64,000 nt of DNA, from positions 496,001 through 560,000 of the forward strand of contig BQFW01000012.1 in assembly GCA_020891255.1 (NCBI GenBank). The letters are read 5' to 3'. How positions within the stretch are numbered: the first letter of the stretch is position 1; every line of letters starts with the position of its first letter. A program made the position numbers and the translations under genes. The DNA is from Entomortierella parvispora E1425. Its lineage: Eukaryota; Fungi; Mortierellomycota. Below are positions 33,842 to 48,400 of this stretch, piece after piece. The notes beneath the pieces are model-generated. The model had not been told where the DNA came from and did no database searches. It worked only from the letters and a program-made list of their open reading frames with translations.

Positions 33842-36800
33842 ATGATCCTCCGGACCTTCTCCACCCCGGTCTACATCATCTCTGCCCTGTTCTGGATTCT
33901 CTCGACTCCTTCCACATCAGCACAACAGCTCCATACACCATCCTCCAATAATGGCAAACAGCAGGAGGTCACAGTTGTGAAATCGCCTGCACTCGCAGCA
34001 CGCGATTTGGAGCATGGACCACCTGGAGATTCAGGAACAGTTTTGACAATGAAAGAGCGCCTTGTGGACGTGTCTGTTTGGGAAGGGCAGTCCATTCCAA
34101 TGAGGGTTCGATTGGATCCACAAATCTTTGCTTCCCAGTCCACCACGGGCGATGCCATAGCCTCTGCTGGCCCACTTACATACTCTGCAAAACTGGATGC
34201 ATCTTCGACCCCAGCCACTGCAGCCTCCTCTCCTTCAGCAGTGTCCTCTTTGTCGACTGCCCTTCCCTCCTGGCTCAAGTTTGATCCACAATCCATCGAA
34301 TTCACTGGAGTACCGCCCACGGGAACATACACAGGAACAACATATCTGACAGTAATTGTGTCAGCATCCTCCGTACCTGGAATCTTGCAGGCCACAGATC
34401 AGTTCACAATCCAAGTCAATGTCCACACGTTGGCTCTTTCAACATCACCTTCTCGATCTTGTTCTTCTTCTGCCTTGTTCTTTGCGGGATCGCTGGACAG
34501 TGGCAACAGCCTCAACCAGAGACAAGACTACCTACCCGACATTGTCGTCAATCCTGTGGACAAAAGGTTTCGATTTGAGATCACGCCAGATCTGTTCCGG
34601 ATAGATGGCTGCACGGCCCCTTCAATGCCCCCCTCCTCGTCGCGTGCGGCGGGATCCGGCTACTCTACTGCCATGACACCCAATGGGAGCACAGGGACGC
34701 TTGTCAAGAATGACGGCACCAACAGTAACAGCATGGCTCCGGGAATTCTCCCTGGCTTGACTCAATTGACGGTGTCCTTGTCGACAGAAACAGCCCAGCA
34801 ACTGTCCTTTGCCAGCAATGCCGGTCTCCCATCCTGGCTCTCATTTGACCCCCTGGCCTGGATCCTCTCTGGGACAGTCCCCGCCCAGATCACTGTTCCA
34901 AAGCTGGTCTTGGAGATTCATACGGCCGACAACCTCAACATCTCGAAGACCTTCAAACTCCAAATTTTCACCAACTCGACCTTGACACCGCTCTTTGCAT
35001 TTGATGAACCGCCCGTGGCGGATCTGTGGACAAAGACAGGAGAGCGCTTTGATATGGACATGGATCTGGGAACCCTTCTGGGAGGCAAACAGGCGAATGC
35101 ATCCATCAGTTCCCAATTCTGGTTCGAGATGGTCGACCTCTCGGACCGAGGACAGAACTTGACTTTAAACCTGGACCGGACCAACGCACTCGCATCACGT
35201 ACAGCAGGGACCAGACTCACCGTAAACCACTCGACGGTTGTGGGCGCGGTTCAGGTCAGCAATAACAAGTCCATGTCGTGTGGAATCAATCAACTTTGGA
35301 ACCAACAACAACCAGGCGCTATTTTCCCTACATGGTTCAATCACTCGATCCCGGGGGCGTCTACTGATAATGGACTCAAGGTGCGACTCTCGGGGCTGGT
35401 CCCCTGTGGCGTCGTTCTGCGGGTGCGCTGGATCATTGTCAACGCTTTGGGACAATGGACCTCGGCCGAGTTTTTGATCCTCGCCTCCGAGTCGGGTCCA
35501 CCTCCCCAGTTATCAAATCCCAGTCGTAAGGATAAATCTGGTGGTGATGACAAGTTGGGGCCTGTAGGTATCAAGATCGCGATCGGGTTCGCGTTAGGGA
35601 TCCCGGTCGTTCTTTTATTATGGTTCATTGGACGAAAGTATTGTGGACCACCGAGAAAAGAACCGCTACCCGTGGAGAACAAACAGTCTGTACTGGAAGA
35701 CTCTTCGTTTCAACCCAGGAACTGGTCCCGCATCAGCGTGGATGGGCTCGCTTTTGGATATGGAGGACATCATCGCCAACATACTTCTGAGGTGGTGATT
35801 CATCCCGACTCTGAATATAGGTCCAGTTATGAGGATGATCCATCGGTCGGACATCGAGACAGTTATAGTGAAAAATATGTGGCCGAGAATTCGAGGACTC
35901 ATTCATCCAGTGGTGAGGAAGGAGAAGGAGGGTCATCCTCCTCGCAGAGCCAGCGTGTGTCTGTCATGGGATGGATCTTTAACAAGGAGGAGAAGGCCGC
36001 CTTGGCCGCTATGGTAAGATGGATTAAGATGGACCAAAAAAAAAGGGTACGATCTCTTCACAGATGATAGGAGCTAACGATAGGAGGGCTTTGTTGTTCT
36101 CTTCTTCCTGAAATAGCATGCACAGACCCTAAATTCAGATCCATACCAACGTCCAGTCCGTGAACCGAACATGTTCAACTTGAGGCGCCTCTCGATGGGC
36201 TATCCATTCGAGTCCAACCGGTTTGGATTCATCAGTGGCAGTGGCACTAGGCACAGTCTGTATGATGCCGGAACCGTGACGGGTGCTAGCACTACCGGGG
36301 CTGGAGTTGGATCCCCAAGTGGTGAGAGTCATACCACTGCTAATGACAATTACGATCATCATGACCACGAGCACTTGATCAACCACCATGGACCCTCTAC
36401 CACTATCGACATGCCCTCAGAGCTGGGAACAACTGGTTCGACAACCGCAACGACACCACCAGCAGCATCAGGACCACCCTTGCGCCCTGCCAAGAATCCC
36501 TCCAGGTCATTGACCCGGGGACTAGAGAAACGAGGAGGACCCAGACAAAAGAAACAGTTGAGAGCCACAGCAAGCGCAGTCGATCTGGCGGACTTGCATC
36601 TTGCATCATTGGGACCCCTGCCTCCTCTCCACAGCCCGAGGCCATGCCACTCCTTTGCGTCCTCTGGAACTGGATACATGGCCAGTATGAGCGCCGGAAA
36701 CACATCCATTGAGGATGACGCACTAGAGACTGATCCGCCATCGGATGATGAGGATACTCGGCATTACAAAGAAGAAAGAATAGAAGGAAAACAAAAACAG

Positions 36801-38503
36801 AACTCGCAGCAGGAAGATGATGAAGAAGAGGCAAAGAACCGTCGTCGACTTTCAAGATCAAGGTTGCAGGCGCCCGATATCCAGGATCCTGATTACTCTG
36901 TCAGGATCTCTTGGACCCCTAACCAGTTTCCGCTAGAGACTGCAATGACCATCACGGACGAGGATACCAACAACGCAACCAACAACGACGATGATTATAT
37001 GGACATGAAGACAGATTGGATCCCTCGGTCCGATTCTGGAGCAATAGTCCTTGGCTCAAACCGCAGCCCCAGCAGCACCAATGTCGATAGCATGCGCCAG
37101 CTTCACACTGCCTCCAACTCGTCCGCTTCCTCCTCAGGAACACCCTCGCCTCGGAACCAGTCACTCTTCCCCTGGGGCAAGTTGCGATCGGCAATGACGC
37201 CAAGCAGCTCGCGGCCTGCGAGCGGATTAAAGAAAAGAGTGGACCCCGAAGGCTCTGCAGGCTCATCCATCTCTGTGCAAACAGCACCGCAGGAGAAGGC
37301 TCAGATTCAGGGCCGGCAACAGCTCTCAGTACAAACAAGCAGCTTGCACCAGCGACGGTCGATTGTTGAGCTTATCCAGTCAAAGGAGGGACAGGTCTCG
37401 CCCCTCTCGGCCCTTTCGGCAAGTTTACCCTTCCAAGACACTTTGGCTGTGCCAGCGCAAGACGGCGAGAAGGACGGGGACACAAAGTGGATGTCGGTCC
37501 AGTGCAATTACCCTGTGCGTAGTGTGTCTGCTGGCAGCACCCGTCGTGCGGGTGGCAAGGACGACCACACTGTCGAAAAGATGAGCGATGAACAAACGCA
37601 TGGTCTAGACGATGGTGATGATGACCCTGGCAGCGTCAAGGACAGTGATCCTCGTCATTTCTCTCTCCAGTCCGAGCTCGGTATCATCGAACATCAACCG
37701 AGTCCTCCCCCTCCTGACGCTGTCACTGTTACGCCTCGCCAACCCCGACCCTTGTCTGCCCCGATGCTATCGCACCAAAACATCTCTTTCCGGCCCACTT
37801 TGTCATCCTGCACTTCCCCCTCGACTCCTTCTCCACTGACTCAAAGTCGGGTCCATGCTCTCTCTGGCCTTGGTCGACAGTCGAGTGATAGAGCTCGCCC
37901 CATCTCTTATCCAGTCCTCGTCACTGCACCACCAGCCGCCGCAGCGGCACCCCGCAGCTTTGTCAAGGCTACCATCGGCACTGCTTTCCACCACACAGCC
38001 CTTTTCCGTAATGGTTCACCTTCGTCTCCTTATACATCACCCAGGACAAGTATGCACGTTCGAGGCGGAAGCAACGGCAGCTTATTAAACTATCAGTCTT
38101 TGACAGCGGCAACCTCGACACTAGGTGAATACAGAGCGTACCTGGTGGCAGATCCAAACGATCTTGCTGCACAAGAAGCCCTGCCGTCCGTGGCCTCCCG
38201 TCATCGATCCTCATCAAGTTTGTCATCCATTGATTTTGGAGATCAAGAGCAGAAAGATCGACCCAAGCGCAAGTTGCCGGATTGGATTCAGTTCAACAAC
38301 AAGATGCGGTCTCTCTGGGGCCGTCCGACCCCTGGGTCTGCAGGCGAATGGCATGTGAGTCTGGTTCAGTCGCGTATGGTCGATGTGCCGGGTGTCCCTG
38401 CAGCGATCCTGCCACAGCCTCCAGCCACAGCAGCATCATCCACGGTCCCATCGAATCTTGGACGGAACTCCTTTTCTGCCCTGAGAGGTGACGCCTCTGC
38501 AAT

Positions 38504-38537
<34 letters not shown>

Positions 38538-39218
38538 ACCCCCACTACCTCATTGTTCCAGCAGCCCTCAGTGACCCAGAAGCATCAAGAGGAACGAGAG
38601 GTTCAAGTCGAGTTGGTCATGCTTCTTGTTCGCGAGCCTGGCGAGATCCCTCCAAAGACACCTCCACTTGGGGCTACACGATGGGGATCGCCGTTGCAGT
38701 TTGGGGGTCCAGGCTCTCATCGTCCCTCCTTTGAGGTGCCTTCTGCAAGACCCTCACTGGATCTTAATTCGTGTGTGGATTCTACCGTGGTTCCTGCTGC
38801 GCCTTGTACACCTTCCCCTCTTGTTCGTGTTGTGACCAACACTGACGTTGATTTGAGTTCTGCCATGATGGACCCTACCACGCCCACACCAAGTGCCATC
38901 CCTCCTCAACCAAGCATGCAGCAAGAGAAAGAAGAGCCTTTGATTCAATCAGAGTTCTTTGCGAAATCGCAGGATACAAATCAGCAGCTCCCAGTGACGA
39001 GCTCCAGCCCTGATTCTTCTTCCACTCTTGCGCCTAGTCCTATTTCTCCAAAGCCTGCACCAGTGATTCCTGCGCCAACAAGAACGGTGGGCCAGCGCGT
39101 GCTGGCCGAGAGACGACGGATTGAGGCGGCGATGCAGCTGCAACAACAGCAACAGCAGAAGCGGTCTCACAGCGGTAGTGGAAATAGCAGCAGCATCAGC
39201 AGCGGTAGTGGCAAGTAA
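33842..39218 (+). CDS. AXL2: Axl2-like type I membrane protein with dystroglycan-type cadherin (CADG/He_PIG) repeats, ~1757 aa, 2 exons
   Basis: Exons 33842-36013 and 36117-39218. Signal peptide, repeats LPSWLKFDPQSIEFTGVP and LPSWLSFDPLAWILSGTVP, TM IAIGFALGIPVVLLLWFIG, and a long Ser/Pro-rich cytosolic tail. The architecture is recognisable but orthology is unverified. Confidence 0.7.
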
Positions 39219-39350
39219 TATAGTACATAGACGACACAATCAGAACCAAAAAAAAAAAAAGAAAAAAAAACGCGTGGCCTCCATCCATCGCATCTGCATC
39301 CACCAACCCCTTCGGTCTTTGAAAATATAACAGTCACGAATCTCTACAGG

Positions 39351-39357
39351 TATAAAT
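39351..39357 (+). promoter_or_regulatory. Possible TATA box upstream of SOSS-B
   Basis: TATAAAT followed by a CT-rich leader, ~395 nt before the ATG at 39746. Confidence 0.3.
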
Positions 39358-39745
39358 AGCAGCGCGTTCTTCCCCTCTGACGGTCTTTTTTTCCCTCTTC
39401 CTCTTTTGCTCTCTCTCAAACCCAAAGACCGTGCCATCCATTCACCCATCCATCCATCCAGCTGCTTCATCTCCTTCTTCCTTCTTTCTCGAACTTGATC
39501 TACCGCTCTTCCCCTTCCCTCCTGCCCTCTCTCCATCGTACGATTGTGAATCCTTTTGCTGAACTCCCATCTTAATCTACTCTCATCCTGCACCAGCGCA
39601 CACCCTCCTGTCCCCTCCGCACCAAGGACCGTCTGAATCAAACCTAGACAACCTTGCACAGTCACACTGGTCGCCCCCTGCACACAAGAACACGGACACA
39701 AGACTTTTTTTTTTTTTATTCTTCTTTCATTCATACTCTACCGCC

Positions 39746-41377
39746 ATGAATCGAAATGGGAGGTCTGGGGGCTATAATAACAACCCTGGCCAGGGAAACA
39801 ACTCGAGAAACATCTCTATTCCCGCCCCTACATCCGCCACCAGCGCCAATGGCTTGGCTCTCACATTCATCCAAGACCTCAGGCCCAACATGCGCGCCTT
39901 CAACCTCGAGTGTATTCTACTAGACAAAGGTACGTTGACAAAGAGGAGGAAGAGCTTGAAGATGGGGGAATCAAAATAAGAAGAGAACAATCACTTATTG
40001 TTTCGTTTTGCTTGATTTTTTAGCCGCCGAACCAAGGAGGACGTTAGACCAGCAATTGCTAACTACTTTTCTCGTTGCAGACAAGACTGGAAGCATTGTC
40101 CTAATCATTTGGGGCGAAGAAGGTCAACTCTTGCGTAGCGGTGATATTGTGCGCCTTCAAGGAGGGTAAGATCGTTGGAAAAATAACCCCCCTCCCCTTT
40201 CTTCACAGATGGAGATCACATTTGAGACGTATTTTTGGGCGTCATTGCCACCAAGACCCACAGTGTACTGACTCGATTTCACATATTTCAAAATTTTAGT
40301 GAGGCAAAGTTGTTCAAGGGACGAATTCAACTATCAACCTCCAAGCACGGAAAATACAAGCGGATAGGAGAAGATACGATACAGTTTAGTGAAGCACCCA
40401 ACTGGAGTGAATTTGACTGGATCCCCGATCCCAGTATGCCGAACATGATGGTAAGTGTTGATTGTCATGTCGACTTTCCTCTCTCACATTCCATAGTCAT
40501 CCCTCTCTCTTATTTCCATCCCCTGCCTTCCTCATCTTACGATGGAGTGGTGTTGTATGTCCCTGTTTTCAACTCCTTATGATCAGTTTATTGCCTATAC
40601 TTATCGCCTCATGTTCAATGTTATTGTCAATAGATGCCAAAACTGCCGGCTGGCAAGATGGGAGGACCGCCTGGTAACTTTCAACAAATGCCCGTTGGAC
40701 CAAACATGCAGCAGCAACAACATCAACAAAGAAATATGCAAGGCAGTAATCAACCAGCAATCAATCCTGCGTTCCGTGGCAGTCATGGTCCGAGCCATAT
40801 CCACAACAATCCTAACAACAACATTAACGGCAGCGTCAACAATGGCCATGGTCCCAATGGCAGTAATGTCAATAATAGCGGCATGGGTAGAAATCAGGGC
40901 GGACCTGGGCCAGGTGGACCAGTAGGGCAAGGACCCATGGGACCCATGGGACCCATGGGACCGATGATGCCACAACAAGGAGGGCCAAAGCAACAAATGC
41001 CGCACGGAGGAAGCAATAATAGTAATAACAACATGGCAGGCCATGGACCCGGACCCGGACCTGGACCAGGTGGACCCGGGGGACACCGTCAGCACCATGG
41101 AGGCCCATTTCAACAACAGCAACAACAATCACAGCAGCAGCCGGGTGGACATGCGCCAGGGCCACCGAGCATGCGGAAAGGCAAGAGTCGGCACAAGGAT
41201 CTTGATGCGCCTGATGTGTACCCCAGTCCACGGACTGGATTCACCAACAGCCAAGATGAATTCCAAAGAGACATGAAGATGATTCAAGGCGATGGAGGTG
41301 TTGGTCTCGGAGTGTTTGGTGGCCCGGGCGGCGGAGGAGGACACCAGCGCAAGAAACCAAAAATGGAAGAGTCATGA
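39746..41377 (+). CDS. NABP: SOSS complex subunit B / OB-fold ssDNA-binding protein (NABP/hSSB1-like), 406 aa, 4 exons
   Basis: Exons 39746-39929, 40024-40165, 40300-40450, 40634-41377 (1221 nt). OB fold IQDLRPNMRAFNLECILLDK...VADKTGSIVLIIWGEEG..LRSGDIVRL..G...LFKGRIQL...K.GKYKRIGED...FSEAPNWSE. Basic C-terminal QRKKPK. Confidence 0.88.
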
Positions 41378-41641
41378 TAGTCGCCCAGACTAGCGAATCA
41401 AATAAACTTGCATTCAAAAAAAGAAGCGGATGGGCGTCATTGTGAGGATGGGACGACGAGATGGATGAGATGAGCAAGACAGGAAGGAAAAGAAGGTCTG
41501 GAGCAGTGAATGAATGAGCAGCGGAGGGAGGAATGGCTCTGCTGTGTGGAATCTGGATTTGACGTCGCGGCGAAGCAAAAAGCCAAGCAGAGCAAAGAGA
41601 GAAGAGCAGACAGAGAGAGAGTGTTCTTCCCTTCTGTCTCT

Positions 41642-41671
41642 CTTCACACCTTCACACCTTCACACCTTCAC
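41642..41671. repeat. 8-bp tandem repeat (CTTCACAC) x3.7
   Basis: Seen directly in the intergenic DNA. Confidence 0.85.
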
Positions 41672-42439
41672 GCCCACTTGATACTCGCGCACTCGAGTAT
41701 TATCACCCTTCACCGCAGACTCCCTCCCCTGCCCAACCCCCGTTTCACACTTCCTCCTCCTGCCACGGCATTCTCTCCATCTCCCTGTCTCATCTTGTCG
41801 ACCTTCTCTGTGATAACCCACCGACCCATCACGCGATTGTGCGTGTGCGTGTGTGTGTGTTTATGCCCGTGTCCTCTCGTTGTCCCTTCTTCCTTACTTC
41901 CTGACCCGCCTTGCCTCCCTGCCTTCTTCCTCGCGTCTTTCCTCTCTCCTCTCTGCCTGTCAAGAGGTCTCCGTCCCTCCCGTTCTGCCCCCCTTCTTTC
42001 CCTTTTCTCTTTTGCGCCAGTCAATTCGCGCGCCTCGAATCCAATTTGACAGACCCTTCTTCTTGTGCTCTGCCCCTGAGCCTCGACTCTTTCTCTTCCC
42101 TCTCTTTTTCCCCTCTTTTTTTTTTTTTCCCCTTTGCTCGGTCTCCTTCGTCCTTTTTTCTTCTTCTTCTTAGCTCCCATCTACTCTCTGCCTTGGGCAG
42201 CAACCACACTTCCCCACAATCCATTCCGCTGAACGTCCAAAGTTTGAGCAGAGTTGAGCAACCGACTCTCTATCTCTCTCTTTCTTTCTTCCTTCCTTTC
42301 TTCTTTTTTTAAAACCCTGCAAGGGAAGACATACTGTGATACCCCCCCGGTCTGCTTCTTGTGAACCTGGAAACAATATACCCCCTTCATCCACTCTCCC
42401 AGCACCTGTACAACATCATAAACAAAAAAAAAATTGAGC

Positions 42440-45400
42440 ATGGACGATCTCTCGGAAGGCTGCTATTGTGTTCAGGCCCAGTCCTGTCCACACTGGATCA
42501 CCTCCAAAATGGACGACCGACTCTCCTCGGCCAAGGCTCATTCACACCAACGGACAAAGACCTTTGGTATGTAAGACTGGAGGGGGAAAAAAAAGATGGC
42601 TAAAGGGAAACTCTCCGTTTCCGATCTTTGTTTAGCTCCCTGAACGAGCCTATATGTCATGCTATGCAAAATTCGGCCGAAACGGACGGACCCCTCACTC
42701 TGATATTTTTTTTTTTTTTTTTTTTTTTGATAACTGCTTACTGAACAACTTTTTTAGAACAAGAACGCCTGGATGATCAGCGGCCCATCGTCAGCGAGCT
42801 TCAGCGCGAGGTATGGATGAACACATCGTGACCCTCTTGATAAAAAAAACAACATGACATGAGAGAGTGAGAGAGTGAGAGAGTGCGTGAGAGATATATA
42901 GATAGAGGGAGCGAAAGAGAGGCAGTAGACGATCCAGAACTGTTGTCAGGTATTTTTTTTATGTCCGCAGCCAAAAAAATGGAAAGAAAGAGCTACTTGG
43001 GAACTCACGGAAGAAAGAAGGGCAAAAAAAAAAAAATTATGGGATGATCGAGCCATTTTTTTTTTTTTTTTTGAGAGAGGATCAGACCAGGCAGTGAAAG
43101 ATGATTTGGGCTCAACTTCCTTCCCAGGTGCCTGCTCTTGTTTTTTTATTTTATTTTTCCTATCTCTTTTTTCTCCCATCTGGTCGTTCACACACGTCAG
43201 CTCAACACTTTGTTTTCTTTGCGTAAGGCGCAAGTGCATCGTCCATGAGCACATCCACCCCGTGGGAGAGAAACAAACAAACGGACAGATGGACAGATGG
43301 ACAAAGAGCGAAGAGAAAGAAAGAGGGTGACAGTGGAATGAATGAACAAAAAAAAAAAAAAAAAAAAACCACAGTGACAATGACGCGTGCTCTACAAACT
43401 CAGTAGCACGTTGTCCTGTGGACGTTGCCTGACCTGAACGCCCGCCACCACACTTGACTGACTCACCGAGCACCGTGTTCTTGTTTATTTTCCTTTTCAT
43501 TTGTTTTCTTGGCAACCAAACAAAAAAAAACATATCTATAGCTTCGAGCGGCGATGGAAGAGATCGAAAAGTTGGCCCAGATGAGTCGAGACCTGGCCAA
43601 GATCAACCAGGAATTGGAAGAATCACGTCTTTTGGCCATCAGTGACCAGAACCGGACCTCGAAACGACTCTTGCTCATGTCCAGTCAACTTGAATACACA
43701 GAGCAAAGAGTCGTGACCCTGACCAAAGAACTAGATGAGGGCAACAGAGATGCGGATCAACTCCGGATAGAGCGCATGCGGCGGGAAACACTGCAGCAAC
43801 GGGAAGATGCGAGCCGCTTAAAAATCGATACGTTAGAGGATGAACTTCAGGAATGTCAGAGATCCGAACGGTCCCTGCAACAAAAACTATACTCACTTCA
43901 GGGTAAATTCGAGACCCTCACAAAACGCCACGAGAACCTCAAGCGTCAGCAACAGGAGCTGGAACTGGCCAGGGAGAGCAAAGAGGCGCTGGCATGGCTA
44001 AAAGAGACCACGGACCGACTTTGCTCACCCCCCAATGGTGGCTTGCACATGGGCATTGGACCCTCCTCTTCCCTCGATCGGAGTTTCCAGGGCTCTGGTG
44101 CACACAGTCTGCATCAATCTTCGCCCTCGTCCTCGCCGCCTTATCCTTCCTCTTTGATCGACCCACCGCTGGCGGCCCAAAATCAACTCATTTCGCTTAT
44201 CAAGGAACTCGCAACGACCAACTCCACCTTGCGATCAGAGCTCAACGAATACCGAGATCTGCTCCAGGACTCTCGGAACGAGGTCTTGACGTTAAGGACC
44301 CAGGTGGAGGACTATGAACAAGGACATGTCTTTGAAGATTGCTGTGGAAGTCGCATCGATGACACTGCCTCGGATAGTCTCTACACGTCCAAGAGTGCAT
44401 GGAGTCATCTGGATGTCGCTGGGGGTGGACTGGATGCTGTCAGTCATATCGGCACATTAGGATCTGCTCCAGGATCTCCACCACCTTTCATGACCGCGCC
44501 CTCGAGACATCACCACCATATCCACCGTCATTTCCATGGCTCTGTTATCCGAGGCAACGTATTTGGAGAACTCGAGCGCCTTTACAGTCAGGGTAGTCAA
44601 GCATCAAATCACACACACAGGCCGTCGAAGCGCAGAACAAGTCAAGATCATGATCGGTCAAGACGCTCAGGAACACCCAATACCACCACTGGGTCGACCA
44701 CCTCAGTGTCCAGGAAAGGATCGACGCCCATGATGAACTTGTCGCGATCGCCTCCAAACCCCACGCCTTCCAAGCTTCGGGACCAATACGACCCTGCACA
44801 CTCTCCAGTCTCGAGTCTGAGCAGGAGTCGTCGCTCTTATTATTCGGATCAAGATGTACGAAACTCGAGCGAGGGTTCGGATCAGGAAAACAATGTCAAT
44901 GCGAGCTTCTCATTCCACGACGGGCATTTGAGGATGGACAGCGATAGTTCTGCTAGACAGACGCGTTTTGTACAAGTAAGCCATCCACACCAAATAGGTA
45001 CTTGACGGCCATTGCTGTATATTAATGTTGGTTATATATTTTACAATGACTTTAGAAGGACAGTACGGACCCTACAATGCTTCAGGAATCAAGCTCGTCC
45101 TCAAACCTGCCCGAACTCTCGGTCGGTCTTCTCCCATCAGCACCCATGGATGAAGCAATGTCCAAGGCAGACTCAAAGGATGATTCACTGAAAGTTAGCA
45201 CGTCCGCACCTACCACAGAGATTCAATCAACCTCAGCGACGGCCGCAGACGGATCACTCAAGAACCGGGCGAGTTCCATTTCATTATTGTCCGCAGAGCT
45301 GCAAAAGGCCACTCGAACTGAAAGCAAAGAGACAGGACTGCAACCTCGATACCCTGTAGGAGGACCCTCCACTTTGCATCCGTTCGACGTCAACCGATCT

Positions 45401-48400
45401 GGATCCAACTCTGTGCTGGATCAGGACGCGATCATTGAAGGACACGTTCGTGATTCAACTGCCACTACGACCACTACAACGACGACCAATGCCACCTCTG
45501 CCGGTCTTTCCAAGAGCAACAGGAGCCGGTTTATGCAACATGAAAAGTCTGCCTCGGATCAAGGATGGCGCCAGCGCCGTCGACTTTCAGAGCCCCTGCA
45601 TCATTTGCCGAGCTCGAATTCGATCACGGCCAAGAAGACCCGACCAGGTTCAATTTACAGTTTGAGAAAACCTCGACCCAGATTGGAATCCCCCGAGACC
45701 AACCCTCCACTGCATCAGTCGTCTTTGGGCTACTATTACCATCCTGGACATGGTCATGGTCATATGGTGAGCGGTAGTGTAGGATGCTTGCCAGAGTTGC
45801 AACGTTTCAAGAGTGCAGAAATGGTGGATCAGATCGTCACGGAGCGTCGCCATCGGATGATGGAGGCCTGGCGAGTTGGCGTTGTGGCTGCAGCAGTGAC
45901 ACAGCAGCAGTCGATCCACTCTGTGGTGGCGTTTGGAGAACACTCTGGAACCACCACTGCAGCCAAGGACACTGACAACATCAGTATCCGGTCTAGAGCG
46001 TCCAAGGCTTCGAGGAGAACAAAGAACTCGAGTCGCAAGGTTCAACAAGAACCGACACTCGCCACTATCGAGGCTGCCGTCCCAACCCAAGATACGGCGA
46101 CCATGATGGCGACGACCAGCAGTCAAAGTAAGGATACGTTAGCAGAACCCGTGGCTGAGAGCGAGATCAAGAAGGGATTCTCGGATAAGGATCAACAATT
46201 CCAACCGACTTCACCGCCTGGAGACACGACAACTGCTCAAGACGGTGAAAAGACGCCTACGTTTGGAGCCAAAAAGACAAAGACATCCAAGGCTGGAAAG
46301 CGAATGAGCGTTCGATCCAGGAAATCTGTTCGATCCTCGATTTTGCATTCGCCCATGCAGCGATCCCCACAGCAAGCAGGCGCCCGCGACCGACGATTCC
46401 CATCCGAAGCTACCACGGCCTCTGAGGCGTTCTCTAATCGACGATTGGATCAGGAGCACAGTCCGTACCAGTTGCTGCATACGCTCTCTACAGACTTGCT
46501 GGAGCGTTTGGCCCGTTCAGATACACGCGAGCTGAACCGGAGACTGCGAAGAACCTTTGATATCCAGGCCCTCTCACAAATGTCCAACTCTGTGATCGAG
46601 AACGTGCTCACGGACGTGAATAATCTCGGAGAGCGGTTCAGATGGGTTGAAGCTCAAGTCGCGAGCCCCATGGATGAAATGCTTTTCGGTCAGGGCGGTG
46701 GAGCAGGACCCAAGATCAGTCTTTCGGGTGCTGAGATGGAGAACACTGTTGCAGACTCGGACACTGCGCTTGAAGGCCATGAGAAGGGTCAGCTGGAGGG
46801 TTCGTCTGACGAGGAGACGGACAGTGAAGCCTCTATGGATTCAGACTGGGGTTTCTCTGTTGAGGAATTCTTCCCTTTGGCCCATGTTGTCCAGGAGATG
46901 CTCTCAGAGATTGGAAAGCTTAGGATGACTATCAACGAGCTTCAACTCAGTTATGTCCAAAAAGTGGAGCAGGATCGTATCAAGGCCGAAAAGGACTTCA
47001 TGCTGGAGGCTGGCTCTGCTGACGATGGCGGGTATGATAGCGATGATGAAAAGGAGGACGGTCCTTATGATTCTCACCATGACCACCACCACCATCATCA
47101 TCATCACCTACAACATCATGACCAGAGGATGGAGAAAGACAAGAAGGCGGTGGCGACGGCAGCAGCCGCAGCTCAACACCAAAAGACTGTCCTGGGCAGA
47201 CTGGAGCGACCCCGTATCCTAGGTGCTGCATCTACAGGTGTTTCTGGGTTCTTCAACAAAGTCTTTGGAGGCAGCGAAAAGGCACAACCGCGATCTGAAG
47301 ATGCCAAAGTCGACTCTGCAACAGAAAGGGACAAGGATGTCGCCAACAAGAACGTGCTCACGAAAAGCAAATCCGGTGTAGTACTAGCAGAGACTTCTCG
47401 AATCTTTGCTCAGTCGGCTTGGCTATCCTCGCCTGGTGACACAAAGACACCCAAGCGCGCCAACACCTTGGAGAGTGCAGGTACTTCAGAAGTCAAAGAG
47501 ACTGCTACCTCTGCATTGACATTCGGTCCTTCCAAATTGTCGGCTACAACGTCCTTGGCTGCAATGGCGGGCAAGACTCCAGTTCGATCGAGCACCATTG
47601 CCATTGACAGCACCACGGCCTCAAGGATTGGGGCCGTGGATATCCGGTTCAGACCAGGGGTCCGTCCAACAGACATCTCTACTGGTTCGACGACGACTAC
47701 AATTCAGGGAGTGCTGTCAAGATCCTTACCTCAGAGCGCGACCTTTATGACCCGAGCTTTGGAAGATGAATTGGCCGAGGCAGGTACTACGGTAGCCACA
47801 GGAGAGTCCAACAACATCGCCCCAGGATCTCTCAAGAGTCTGTCGTCGTTGCCCGAGGATCGAGTAACAGACCCTCAGACACCGCCTGTGACTATGGGCG
47901 AGAATGCCGCAGGCTCGTCGTCCCAGACGCCCCATCACGCAAGCAACGGCATCAGCATGAGCAAGACTCCGCGATCCATGGGTATATCGACCAGAACCAG
48001 TGGACCTGCGTTAAATGTGGTGACAAAACAGGATGTGTTCCAGGAACATTGGCCTTCGTCCCTTGGCTCTTCACTCTCGGCCACGATTTCCAGCACAACT
48101 CTGAGTGAAAAACGACTCAGCAGTAACAGCAGGGAGACTTCACTAAGCACTGGTGGCATGGCGGGAGAACCCAACGGAAGAAAGAACAACCGCGCACCGT
48201 CAATGGAATCTCATTCATCAACTTCAACTGGTGGTGAAGCGGCCACCTCGAGTCTGGCCTCAAGACTCGGTGTAATTGTGGGAGGTGCTGGCTCTGCCAA
48301 GCCTACACTGATCAGTCGATCGACCTTGGCTGTAGCGACACCTTCCACATCGACTGTCTCTTCCCCCATGTCGGCGACCTCTTGGTTTGATACCCACAGG

